Notes: generated by a model not told the origin, from the letters alone. Positions 1 to 12,267 are shown, numbered from the whole stretch's first letter. The stretch is DNA of 63,299 bases, filler included, from Octopus bimaculoides (GCF_001194135.2; 6 parts of 6 records of this genome joined end to end with filler, not necessarily neighbours in it); one strand, 5' to 3'. Made by a program: numbers and translations.

Positions 1-64
1 TATTTCTGTTCCTTTCTTTCCATCGTTTCCTCATCCGTAACGTCACAATATTTTCCTTTTGCAG

Positions 65-114
65 GAAATCTATTTCCTACAAAGCTTGCCATTAACGAAG
101 AAGTCGAGTGGGAT
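65..114 (+). CDS. Candidate short internal exon of an unidentified host gene
   Basis: Strong acceptor (ttttccttttgcag, ends at 64) and donor GTACGT (115-120) bound 50 nt. It is open in two frames: (G)NLFPTKLAINEEVEWD or EIYFLQSLPLTKKSSG. No product recognised. Confidence 0.3.
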
Positions 115-930
115 GTACGTGCATACGCGTCGGTGTGTTCATATATATATTTATCTATGCACGCCTATGTAAGTTCTATCAATTATTAATATATGTCCTA
201 CTAATTATTAATGATAAATATATATAACAGGTTGACTCTTTAAAAAAAGAGTGATTATAACTAATAAAATAGTGAAAGCAATATGTACTAAGCAAGTGAG
301 CACTATTATACAAAGAAATAATTAGACGTAAAATATCATTAAAATTATTACAATTAGGAATCAAATGTGGAAATATTATGTAGTGGCTAGCAGCATAACA
401 CTTAGAGGGCAGTCTTTCTGCTAATCATTATAATGAACTTTATAACTCAAAAACTGATACTATCTCTAATGTGAATATTACTCCAGGTCACTCCTGACGA
501 CCGAGAGTGAATTAACCTCTAGTAATCGGGAAATTAATGCCGATGCAGGGAGAAAAAATCATGTAATTTTCGAATTAAGGAGTCGTGTCCGCTAACCGGA
601 TCCTGTTTACGTAGTAATGTAGTGTATAGGTGTTCTGTGAAGATCCCTGTCACACGGAGGATGAGAGTATAAATAGGAAGTACTATAGACTTTAAAATAT
701 ATATATATTGTTTATTCGTGTATGCATGTATGCAAGTATTTTTGTATCAATTAATAAATATGCATTATTTCGTCAGTATGTGAATATGAAAGCAAATATA
801 ATGATATTGTTTCCGAACGACTTTTTCGAAGCGAAACTCTCTCAAATTGTATTAGCAAATCAATATCTTAAACTATTTGTGCTTATAGTGTATGAATTTA
901 TATGAATATATATGTGTGTGCACGCGTACC

Positions 931-933
<3 letters not shown>

Positions 934-975
<42 letters not shown>

Positions 976-985
976 NNNNNNNNNN

Positions 986-1024
<39 letters not shown>
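934..1024. repeat. (TG)n microsatellite with a 10-N gap
   Basis: Direct inspection. Confidence 0.95.
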
Positions 1025-1026
<2 letters not shown>

Positions 1027-1466
1027 TTTTTCTTTATTCATTTTTTGCACGTATATTTGTGTGTGCATAAATGTGCGTTTTTCATGTGCTTATCTGTCTA
1101 CATAGGCATCCGTTTGTTGCATGTGTTAGTATTTATTTGTAAGTTTACGCAAATATAGAGTGTAAATGGATGCATATATAAATAATATTGTCTCCAACAA
1201 TCACTTTTTTAATGTATTTACCTCATATCTGAAAATGCAATTAAATACATAGATCCACATTTTATTACTATGTGAATATTGTATGCAAGTGCATATACGC
1301 CAATAAGCACTGTATTTTGTGAACGCATGTGTTTATATATAAGTGAATATGACAGCGTAGATCTCTGAAATATTTCTTTCATAAATAGAATATTCCATAG
1401 ATAAGCACTCACTCAAACACGCACACTGGCGCACTGGTTTGTAGGACGATAAGAAAGGTAATTTTA

Positions 1467-1518
<52 letters not shown>

Positions 1519-1726
1519 CTCACACACACACATACACACACACTCACTCACACACACATATATATATATACGGAAAGAGAGAGATAGACACAGACACATA
1601 GACAGACAGAGATGGAGAGGGGTAGGTTGGTAGATGGATGAATGTATCGATGGTTACATGTGAAGGAAGGTACGATAAGAAAGCGAGATAAAAACATACG
1701 TAGAAGATAAACAGAGAGACAGATAG

Positions 1727-1782
<56 letters not shown>

Positions 1783-1890
1783 AGAGAGGGGAGAGGGAGA
1801 GAGAGATAAGTAGAGAGGGAAAGGGAGAGAGATAGCGCGGGAGACAGATAAACGAATAGCTAAATTGATAGATTATATAGTTAAAGGGGC

Positions 1891-1959
<69 letters not shown>

Positions 1960-1960
1960 C
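1467..1960. repeat. Compound microsatellite cluster (CA)n, (GATA)n, (GA)n, (GACA)n
   Basis: Direct inspection. Confidence 0.9.
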
Positions 1961-1992
1961 AGATACACATATTGATGGTCCTTGTGCTATGA

Positions 1993-2188
1993 ATGACGGT
2001 AAAGAACATAGTAATTCATAGTCTGTGTAAATTAAACAAATGTAGAAATCTGCATTACAATTCCTGTATCTAGACGGACAGGCCTGGAATATTTCGCTTG
2101 TTTCCTTGCCAAAAATATAATGGCAGCAATGTTTATTGAGAAGTAATTATCTAGAGAAGTCTGGTGTGACTTTATTGGAAATGAAATG
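1993..2188 (+). repeat. ~195-bp direct repeat, copy 1
   Basis: Colinear with 3816-4011 (atgacggtaaagaacatag...agagaagtctggtgtgactttattg), with scattered substitutions. Confidence 0.9.
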
Positions 2189-2735
2189 TTTTTTTTTGTT
2201 TTTTTTTTACCCAGTTAATATTTTGTGTTAGCAGTAGGAAGCTAGAAAATTATACACACTCAGAAGCTTTATCTATCTATCTTTTTTATCAATTTATCTA
2301 GCTATCTATCTGTCTATCATTCAATCTATATAAAAATATCGGCTGCATTTTTAAGGCGTAAGAGAATATATTCTCTATGCGCCTGGTGTAAAACAAAACA
2401 ACTGCAAGTCAGTCAAGCGAGACAACTCACATCAGGTCTTTTCTCGAAGCAACAGACATCGATATATCGTCATTGTTTTGACTTATGAATACCTTTTCGA
2501 AACGCTTAGCTTTAGAATTGTGGCAGCTGATGAAGGAAATGTTCTCTATGTGGCCTGTGTGTTTTCTGTGCTCTGTTTATGTTCTGTTTCTCATTTTGTC
2601 TACGCTTTGTTTGTGACGTCCTGTACCCAGGTATGCATTTATATATACATATAGATGTAGGTATGTACATACATGTACGTATATATGCATATACTCACAT
2701 ATTATTTGTATTATATATATATATATATATATATA

Positions 2736-3706
2736 TTAGGTCGTCAAGTATGAAATTTGTAGAAAAGAAAAAAAGTTTGCTAATGTTTTATAAATACAAG
2801 GAATAGCTTTATTCATCAAAGTATGCACCCATATTGTCAATAACCTTTTGCCATTTCAGCAGTAGCTTGTGCAACCTGGAACTGTAAAAGCCTGGCAATC
2901 TCGAGTCAATAAAATATTGGAACGCCTGTTTTACAGGATCGTCGGAATTACTTATTTTTCCTATCAAAAATTATCCAAATTATGGAAGAAGTCGCAGTCA
3001 GTGGGGCAAGATCAGGTGAGTATGGTGGATAATGGAGAACTTCCAACTCTAACTCCTGTAGTTTCGCCACTGTCATCTTTGTGATGTGTAGTCTGGCGTT
3101 TTCTTGCAATAAAAGAATAGTGAGTCTGTTGACTAATCTAGACTGTCTTTTTGTAAATTCCTGCACCATTTGGTGCAGTTGACTGAAGTATACTTCGGCT
3201 GTGATTGATTAGTCAGGTTTAATGAAATTACAATTGATCACACCTGCGCCAGACCACCAAACATACACCATCAACTTCATTTGATGAATTTTGCTTTTTG
3301 GACTGTGTTTTGGCGGCTCGTCTTTGTCCAACCATTGTGCTGAACGTTTATGGTTGTTGTATCGGATCCATTTCTCATCACATGTCACAATTCGATTCAA
3401 AAATGATTCATTTGTTAATGAAAAAGTAGCATAATGAAGGCTTCCAAACGTTGCTGTTTCTGATTTTCATTGAGTTCATATGGAACCCACTTATCCAAAT
3501 TTTTCACTTTACAAATTTGAACTTGGAGAGTCAATATTGTTTACTTGCTAACACCAAACAACAACGATAATTCACGGGCACTGTGCAATGAATCTCACTC
3601 GACGGTGTCTTTCAGTTCGTCATTATCCACCTTTATTTCTGGTCGACCGCGTTGCTCATTTGTGAGGTCAAATTTAACAGAACGAAGTTTTGCAAACCAA
3701 TTTTGG
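2736..3706 (-). mobile_element. Degenerate, 5'-truncated mariner transposon (Hsmar1/SETMAR-like transposase)
   Basis: Minus-strand fragments NWFAKLRS...RGRPEIKVDNDELK, RIVTCDEKWIRYNNHKRSAQWLDKDEPPKHSPK...KLMVYVWW, LLQENARLH and HYPPYSPDLAP. There are stops and frameshifts. A mariner-like end TTAGGTCG follows a TA run at 2736. Confidence 0.93.
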
Positions 3707-3780
3707 TCGTGTTGCTCGACTAAAGCCCTCCAATGAGGTGCCCCAGTCGAATGAGTGAATCAAGTAAGAGATAAAAGATT
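3707..3780 (+). mobile_element. SINE 3' tail fragment abutting the truncated mariner
   Basis: cgactaaagccctcc...gtgccccagtcgaatgagtgaatcaagtaagagataaaaga resembles the tail of the SINE at 45705-45895. Confidence 0.6.
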
Positions 3781-3815
3781 AAAGAATATTTATGTGCGGG
3801 TGTTTGTTGGGTGGG

Positions 3816-4011
3816 ATGACGGTAAAGAACATAGAAATTCATAGTCTGTGTAAATTAAATAAATGTAGAAATATGCATTGCAATTCCTGTGTTTAAACGG
3901 ACAGGCTCGAAATATTTCGTTTGTTTCCTTGCCAAAATTGTAATGGCACCAATGTGTATTGAAAGGTAATTATCTAGAGAAGTCTGGTGTGACTTTATTG
4001 TAAATTGAATG
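3816..4011 (+). repeat. ~195-bp direct repeat, copy 2
   Basis: Colinear with 1993-2188. Confidence 0.9.
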
Positions 4012-4806
4012 TAAGTATGTATGCATGTATGTTTGTGTGTATGTATGAATGTGTGCATGTATGCATCTATGTATCTATGTATGTATGCATATATGTATAT
4101 GCATGTGTTTGGTGTATATTTATGAATATATATTACTGTCTCTGCTGAACGATCTCATGCACACGTACGCATAGACATATTTTCACTCAGACATCATCAA
4201 GAAATAGAACTGAAATCTCTATAGAATTAATTTTGGCAAACAATTGTCAGTTGCCGTATGACCTCATTGACCTATCATTCTCAACCGATACCACACTCTA
4301 ATTTTTTACGGAAAAACTTATTTAACTCAGTAAAGTGACAAAGATTGACTGTACTACGCCAGACACCACCATTGCAGCATAAAGAGTTCAAAATTATCAC
4401 GTTTAACATAGTGTCCTTGGGAATTTTTTGCGTCAATTTACACCCGTATTTAAATAAAGGAAAAACATATTACTGCTATATTAGTGTGGGCAGAATAATT
4501 ACCAAGTCGAATGATATGTCTTCTTCTATTTGTTCCGACCCGCTGTTATCTGGTACCAGATCGCTACCTATTGGGTTGATTAAACTGACTATCACACCAC
4601 CTTGCGTACACTAGCACTAACCCCTTCCCAGCACCCACAACATCACCTGCACACCTACACATGCACACACGCACACGTCAACATCACCAGCCCCCTTCAA
4701 CACGCACATACACGCTCTCACATACATACACACGCGCACCTTCGTTTTGGAATCACCACAACTTTATTATATCCTCTTCTTCCTAGCTTTCCTGTGTGAT
4801 CCTCTG

Positions 4807-4949
4807 TCCGGCATTCGCCATACCTTGCCACAATTCAGTGTTTAGTGAACGCTAAGTAAACAATACTATTTAATATTAGTTAGAAGGGTAGTGTTAACAC
4901 TAGCGTTCACTAAACACTGAATTGTTGCAAGGTACGGACGGATTCCGGA
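4807..4949. repeat. Foldback / long inverted repeat (48-49-bp arms, 46-bp spacer), MITE-like
   Basis: 4807-4854 is the near-perfect reverse complement of 4901-4949 (core caattcagtgtttagtgaacgcta / tagcgttcactaaacactgaattg). Confidence 0.85.
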
Positions 4950-5248
4950 GTACCAAGGAAATTATGTATAAATATATCAAATTAAGAATTCTACGAGGTA
5001 TATTGCAATACAAAATACCAAACGGAACCTCACCTCTTATATCTCATCTTTCTTCCTCCTTTAACTCTATGTGATATAATTCTTGGGAGAGAATACATTT
5101 GCGGCTGAAGATAGCTTTATACGGTCAATTATACACTGATGTAACAACTATAAAGCTTGAAACACGTGTACCGCAGAATCCTCTGTGTTTTGTTTTTATT
5201 TTTACATTTACAATTTATTCATTCACCCCGACCACGAGCTGACATACA
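4950..5248 (+). mobile_element. Penelope-like terminal repeat (pLTR) fragment carrying a hammerhead motif
   Basis: Contains the minimal HHR at 5098-5177. The surrounding AT-rich sequence is consistent with a PLE terminus (inferred). Confidence 0.5.
5098..5177 (+). ncRNA. Minimal type-I hammerhead ribozyme motif, near-intact
   Basis: Stem I TTTGCGG/CCGCAGA; core CTGAAGA (5105-5111); stem II AGCTTTATA/TATAAAGCT; GAAA (5159-5162); palindromic stem III ACACGTGT; cleavage triplet GUA, cut after 5170. Confidence 0.75.
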
Positions 5249-5353
5249 NNNNNNNNNNNNNNNNNNNNNNNNNNNNNNNNNNNNNNNNNNNNNNNNNNNN
5301 NNNNNNNNNNNNNNNNNNNNNNNNNNNNNNNNNNNNNNNNNNNNNNNNNNNNN

Positions 5354-5420
<67 letters not shown>

Positions 5421-6199
5421 AAATGTACATATGTATGTATGTGTATGTGTGTGTACGCGTGTGTGTATGCGTGTGGAGGTGTGTGTAGCTGATCTGGACA
5501 ATCCTCGTCTACAATATCAAGATTCTAGTGTTGCTTTTAGCTATTTTAATCCTTATATATCGTTAATGACATTGCAAACACATTAAATTGACAAATCTGA
5601 TGTCTGGTTTTGTTCATCTCCTATCGGTGACAAAAGATAAAAAAAAATTAACATTTTTATTGGGTTTTTACGTGGGATAAATTTATTATGTATTTTCTTT
5701 ATAAAGTTATACTAGCTTGTGTGAATGGAATGAATGCGAGTGCTGTGTTTGTCTCTGTGTTTATATCTTTCTATTTTCTTATATATTTGTCTTTAATACA
5801 TTTCTGTGTATATATTCATATATATTATGTTATATAATATTATACATTATATTATATTACATTATATTATATTGCATTATATTATATCATATTATATTAT
5901 ATTAATTACATTATATATTTCTGGAGTTTGAAATTTAGGATGTATGTCGTTGTTGTGTGCGGGGGTGGTCTATTGCAATATCATCTTTCTTGATATGTTT
6001 ATTGGCTTTGTTTTAGTAGTTCGAAAATTAAAGGATATTCTAAAGATCTTGACTTAGTGGTATATCATAGGAGATGTGTAACTCATGGATAATCTGTAGT
6101 TTAACACACTAATATTACATGCGCAGCAGAACGTCACCGCTTCATTTCCTCAAGTTATTCCACATCTTCGGCGATCAAAGCCCATGTCTCACTAAAAAG

Positions 6200-6440
6200 A
6201 TGTTCTGATAAAGTTTCCTTCTCGAGTTGTGCCGATTCATAAGGGCCGGTTTCCCTGTATCCGTGGCGGGACGGGACGCCAGTCCGTCACAGAATTACTC
6301 ATTTTTGCCGGTTGAGTGAACTGGAGCTACGTGAAATGAAGTGTTTTGCTCAAGAACACAATGCGTCGTCCGGTCCAGGAATCGAAACCACAATTTTACG
6401 ATCATGTGTCCAGCAGCCTAACGCTATGCCACGCACCTCC
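6200..6440 (-). mobile_element. tRNA-derived SINE
   Basis: Reverse complement starts GGAGGTGCGTGGCATAGCGTTAG (A-box-like), then GTGGTTTCGATTCC (B-box-like) and central TGTGTTCTTGAGCAAAACACTT. Related copies lie at 26320-26730 and 46520-46822. Confidence 0.8.
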
Positions 6441-7118
6441 ATCCAGTTCTCACTACTATACTATATTTCATTCCTCACACAAGCCTCATTCAATTTGTTC
6501 ATCAATCTGAGAGATAAATTTTTTATAATCAGTAAACACTTTCCATTCCATTCTTATTAAGATTTCGAAGCACTCACTGGTACTAATATTCACATTATTC
6601 AAATTTCCTGAATAACAGAAGCTATTTCTTAATTCTAACAAATTTTATGGGTATTTAAAAGGACTTACACCTTGTGTACTCTTACGTATGAACATCCTTA
6701 AGCATCTAGCTCGTACTCGGAGCATATTTTCTGCTTATGATCATACAACATACATTGCACTGAATTTTTTCCGGTATGCAGAGACACTCAGAACACATGT
6801 CGTGGCACTGCAAGCCACGACCTCATAATATCTAACGCAGCTGCCCATGTCACGCATTACAGCCTTTTTCAGTGTTCATAGTCCATTGACCAACAATCAC
6901 GATACTAGCTTTTTGAGACCCACAGCGAATCATCGTGATACAGACAACTCTTTTCTTATATTCCGATGATTAATAATCCTCGATGTTAACCTTTCCGCAC
7001 CTATAATATCAATCTTTTAACTCTCCAAAGCCTTTCACTGTTCTTCAACACATCAAACTTTTCCTGAAAAGGAAATACAATGTCGTCAAATTTAGCTTCA
7101 GTATTTAATATATATATG

Positions 7119-7151
<33 letters not shown>

Positions 7152-7550
7152 NNNNNNNNNNNNNNNNNNNNNNNNNNNNNNNNNNNNNNNNNNNNNNNNN
7201 NNNNNNNNNNNNNNNNNNNNNNNNNNNNNNNNNNNNNNNNNNNNNNNNNNNNNNNNNNNNNNNNNNNNNNNNNNNNNNNNNNNNNNNNNNNNNNNNNNNN
7301 NNNNNNNNNNNNNNNNNNNNNNNNNNNNNNNNNNNNNNNNNNNNNNNNNNNNNNNNNNNNNNNNNNNNNNNNNNNNNNNNNNNNNNNNNNNNNNNNNNNN
7401 NNNNNNNNNNNNNNNNNNNNNNNNNNNNNNNNNNNNNNNNNNNNNNNNNNNNNNNNNNNNNNNNNNNNNNNNNNNNNNNNNNNNNNNNNNNNNNNNNNNN
7501 NNNNNNNNNNNNNNNNNNNNNNNNNNNTATATATAACGTATGTATCTATG

Positions 7551-7633
<83 letters not shown>

Positions 7634-7994
7634 CCAAAGAGTCAGAGATACGTATATACAGAAATAACGAGAGACAAAGACAGATAGAGTGATGCAAGGG
7701 CGCCTATGAGACAGAGAAAAATGTTTGAAGAAGTATCTTAAAGGAAAAGAAAGAGTACATGGAATTTTAAAATAGAGTTGCATAATTTTAGAATCACCGT
7801 AGAGAAAGTCAATCAAAACCAATTCTGAATTTCAAATAAACTCCAGTGAAAATTAGCATGGAACTCAATCAACTTTAAATTCCACTGGGTTGAGGTTGTC
7901 AAACGAATCTCGCGCAGATTTCAGAAATTCACACATAACGATATAATGAAATAAGATTAAATACGTAACGATTAAAGTCAGGAAAAAATTTCTT

Positions 7995-8540
7995 AGCATG
8001 CGATGGGTAAATTGTCGCCTATTTTATATTTTTAATTTTGGGCATGCTCATTGTTCGATTCTGATTTTGTCGACTACATTATATAGTAGGATCCCTTAGG
8101 CACCGTCTATAAGAAAAACAGCACCATGGCGTAATTAACTCCGCCAGAAATTTGGAAACGACATGCTGTACCGATTGGCATTCGAACCGGAAGCCCCAAT
8201 ACGAACATTTCAGACTGTTTTGGGTCTCAATCTGAAGGACATGTACCGAGATAAAAATCAAACATCCAGTCAACATCATAGTGTTTGGAGTAATCACTAG
8301 CGCTAGCAACGTTATGCCTCCAATCATCTTCCCACACAAGGCAGAGACCTACATGAAGTGCCTCGAGGAGGTAGTGCTGCCCTGGGTCAAAACGTCCGTC
8401 TGGCAACAGGACTCTACACCATGCCACCCAAGCAAGAGAAGCCAGTTATGGCTGTCGCAATTTCTGCGACCACGCCACATCACCCCACTAATATCTGGCC
8501 ACGTATCTCCCCAGACTGCAACCTCCTTGATAATGCAGGT
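7995..8540 (+). mobile_element. Internally deleted Tc1/mariner (DD37D-like) transposon
   Basis: TIR-like start GCGATGGGTAAATTGTCGCC. The N-terminal stub (..EIWKRHAV..) is joined to KHPVNIIVFGVITSASNVMPPIIFPH..YMKCLEEVVLPWV..VWQQDSTPCH..SPDCNLLD. It belongs to the same superfamily as 52975-54130. Confidence 0.85.
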
Positions 8541-8619
8541 AACATACACGTTCCCATACACGCACTTGCTAAACATAGACACACACAGGGATATACGCAT
8601 GCACAAATAAACACATACA

Positions 8620-8870
8620 ACAGGAATACAAAATAGCAGATCGTTAGGAAGGAGAGACGCGAAAAAGAGAAAAGAAAGCAAAGGACCACTGATGAGGTCA
8701 CAGAAGTGTGACGATAGAACTCTGCCTGAAATACCATTAATATGAAATAAAACTGAAGCAAGTAAACACCAAACATATAATGCGTGTGTTGTCATTGATT
8801 AAACTGGCAACATGACCATCCCTAAACACAATATCTGTTTCAACACACGAATTCACATCAAGAATTATAT
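8620..8870 (+). mobile_element. Probable PLE terminal fragment with decayed HHR core
   Basis: CTGATGA-G-GTCAC-agaagt-GTGAC-GATA at 8689-8716, with GAAA decayed to GATA. Confidence 0.35.
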
Positions 8871-9779
8871 ATNNNNNNNNNNNNNNNNNNNNNNNNNNNN
8901 NNNNNNNNNNNNNNNNNNNNNNNNNNNNNNNNNNNNNNNNNNNNNNNNNNNNNNNNNNNNNNNNNNNNNNNNNNNNNNNNNNNNNNNNNNNNNNNNNNNN
9001 NNNNNNNNNNNNNNNNNNNNNNNNNNNNNNNNNNNNNNNNNNNNNNNNNNNNNNNNNNNNNNNNNNNNNNNNNNNNNNNNNNNNNNNNNNNNNNNNNNNN
9101 NNNNNNNNNNNNNNNNNNNNNNNNNNNNNNNNNNNNNNNNNNNNNNNNNNNATATTCTATAAGCAGCTTGGAAGGAAATGCCATGCGAATTTAAATCAGC
9201 GAAAAACCTTTATAGGGTTAACTGAAATTAAATTTTAAAACATAGAATGAAGAAATAATTAAATATTTTTAAATAAAACATTCATGAGAAATTATTTATT
9301 GTACAAAGTAAGAAATATTCTAAAAAATATTCTATGAAAATCCATAACAAATAAAAATAAATTCCTAAAAAAATGTTTAATTAAATTTGGTAGAGTATGA
9401 TGTGATGTTAAATATAACAAACGTTTTGAATAATAGATAGGAAAGAAAAAAGTCATACGAATTATTCCTACGTCGAAATAAAGAAATTTGGGAAATGATG
9501 ACACGGGGATATTGAAAGACTGTTGCTAAATATATAATGCCAAAGTTCGCAGAATATGTTGTACATGAAGAACCAACAGCGATCAATGTAGTGTTTACAA
9601 GGTAATATCTCGAGTCTGGGGCCTCGAGATATGACCTTGCTATCCTGAGTATGATGTACTTATATAATGTATTTATAGAAGTGTGGACAGAAGCTCAATA
9701 TACCTCGACGTTTAATTAAGCTTTTCATGCAACAGAGTTTATCAGTGTAAGCTTTCTCTCTGTGGTTTTGCTGATTTCC

Positions 9780-10265
9780 TTAGTCTGAGATGTTTCACAT
9801 CAACACTCCTGTATGTGCCTTTCTCTCAGTTGTTGGCCCTTTTGGTGTATAAGGGAGTTTTATTCGGCTGCCTTGGTCTGTACCACATGTCGAGCCGTTG
9901 ATTCATCCGGCATTGTCGATAAGAGGATGCCTAGTTCTTCTTTGAAGATATCGGCTTCCACCTTAATTTTTGTGGCAGAGTATTGAAGAGCTGTGGGCCT
10001 TTGAACCCTAAATTATTGCAGTACCTGGTCCTAAATTTAGATTGAGTCGATGGTATCTTTGGTACAATACAATGGCGTCCATTTCTGGCATTTCCCTAAC
10101 GCTCAATGCCGAAATTAGGTACCAGCCCTTCAAGAGTTTTCCATATGTAACTTATATATTTGTCGCGTCTTTGCTCCAGCCTCTTCCTATCACTCATCCG
10201 CTGCGCTGCTTCAATCTTTGTAGTGTAGTGGCGTTGGGACGCTTGAATCTTTGCTGTTAGTTTGG
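9780..10265 (-). mobile_element. CR1/L2-like non-LTR retrotransposon 3' end
   Basis: Minus-strand translation ..YIWKTLEGLVPNFGI..NGRHCIVPKIP..FKGPQLFNTLPQKLR..LLSTMPDE..KAAE*NSLIHQ matches the C-terminal pattern of CR1-group ORF2. Confidence 0.7.
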
Positions 10266-10299
10266 CACTATGAGATGATCACAACTGAAAGTAGTAGTC

Positions 10300-10960
10300 C
10301 ATGTGGTTGAAGATAAAGGTTCTCCCTAGGGTGAACTAGTTTCTTGGACTCTTGTCTTGAAGGACATTAGCATCCATCATGCCAGTTGTGTGCACTTTAC
10401 TGCCATCTTGGTAATGTGCATACGAAATGATATATCATTTCACATGTGGTCGTGAAACTTTTATTATATTTCCATTCCATAAACTTTACAACCTGAATGA
10501 AATTGAGAGAAAACGCAAAGAAAAGGACTTTATTAAGAAATTCGAACCCACTCTTAACAAACAATGATTAAATTTATCTTACTTGGGGTTTAAAAATCTT
10601 ATCCCTATAACTAAAACACAAAAAATCTCTCAAATGTCATCATTTCTAAAAATAAACTTGGCATCATTTCTAAAAATAGCCTAACACCTACTGCTGCTGT
10701 CCAAGGGAATAGGTATAAAAGACAAAAACACAGCCAGTCTGTTACAGTCTGTCAGACGAGACCTTGATGAATGCCAATAGGCATGAAAATACTTATTAGC
10801 TTTTATATGTTTAATTCTCTATATTGAATACTCAATATTTCATATATTCAATAAGACATTCAATACTTCATTTCATTTTTACCATTTATTTTTATATTAT
10901 ATATTATATATTCCATATTCTATATCCCACATTAATTTTACAAAAATATAAATAAAACAC
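10300..10960 (+). mobile_element. Penelope-like element 3' end: GIY-YIG endonuclease C-terminus followed by pLTR with decayed HHR
   Basis: ~10439-10567 translates FTCGRETFIIFPFHKLYNLNEIERKRKEKDFIKKFEPTLNKQ*, typical of a PLE GIY-YIG tail. TTGATGA-ATGCC-AATA-GGCAT-GAAA follows at 10764-10788. Confidence 0.7.
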
Positions 10961-11041
10961 ATAAAAAACAGAGTTGGAACTCTTTTAAATAGAATAATAT
11001 ANNNNNNNNNNNNNNNNNNNNNNNNNNNNNNNNNNNNNNNN

Positions 11042-11080
<39 letters not shown>

Positions 11081-11749
11081 CATTTATACTTTCCCTTCCC
11101 TATGTGTGTGTTGCTTTGTGTGGGGTCGCTTGCGCGCTGGTGTGCATGAGCCCTTTGTGTATTCTACTTTGTAGATTCATTTTGTTTATCTCTATTCCAA
11201 TGATATAAAATTTTATAACCTTTCATGGAGCGTTGATATATGAATGATACGAGGTTTGGCAATCTATAAATTATTAATTATGTTTTAAGCTATAACATAA
11301 AGAATGTTTTGCTTTAAGGCATTTCATGTAGGTTTTATAGGAAAATAGAATTCAGAAATAAAGTTGTTTACGCTTTTTCTAGGTTACGCTTGACGTAACT
11401 AAATTATTTTCCATAGAAATTCAAAAACAGGCCTTCGTTTACTAAATACTCATTGCAAAACAAACCTCATCATATTTACTGTTACAGTATTAGTATTTTG
11501 TTATAGAAGCTACAATGTGTGAATTTGTAGTAATATTAGATGATTGTAATTGTGGTATTAATAACCAACCAGTAATTATAGTGATCCTTCTTAAGTTTGA
11601 CACAACGCTAGCAATTTCGGGGAAAGAGGAATTCAATTAAATCGAACCAGTGCTCAACTATTATTCTATTTCATTAATTCCTTAAAGACGAGAGGCTAAT
11701 CGACAGTTGTGGCATTTGAACTTAGAACGTAAATACGGACAAACTGTCA

Positions 11750-12267
11750 GGCACTGGCTCTCATGGCTTCTGATCTTAACTGATTGGAAGTGTTATTATG
11801 TATATGTTTCGTTTGATGTAAAAGATGGGCTAATATTTTGGCAAATATTCTGCTCAATACTACAGATTTGCCTTCAGTTGTTTGACCTGAACCAGTTTAG
11901 CATGTCCCTTAGTGGCTGACGATATATGCATCTCTCATTGCGAGCAAAAATATTGGGGGAGCATCTTAGCCATATGTTGAAAGGAATTCTTTAGGGTTTC
12001 GATAATTCATCCTTGGAAGCATGGGTGTTTCGTTCAACAACCTTAAACAACCCTTATTCAGGGACCTTTTGAGCGGGATGGGCTACTCCACCTGACGAGA
12101 ATTCTAATTCAGCCCCACCTGCAAGATTATGCGCTGTTTCTCTTGATATGAGATCACCATGACTCGCACATTTGGTTGTGAGGCATGTGCCTAGCGTACC
12201 CTTATCAGAAGGGTAGTCATGATGGGTATACTGGGCGTCGTATATTTTACACCAGTATCATTTTGAT

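Noticed and set aside
490-555. CTGACGA-CCGA...TCGG-GAAA, a hammerhead-like core
   Set aside because: Stem II can form, but there is no NUH triplet with matching stems I and III. It is probably chance or too decayed to call.
2524-2560. CTGATGAAGG..CCT in a dispersed repeat, and its relative at ~47140-47155 (minus)
   Set aside because: No GAAA follows the putative stem II, so the HHR core is incomplete.
6600-7100. Cys-rich minus-strand stretch (CHDMCSECLC..CNVCC) and an 8-bp inverted repeat at 6799-6821
   Set aside because: Frames are interrupted by stops and no family could be assigned.
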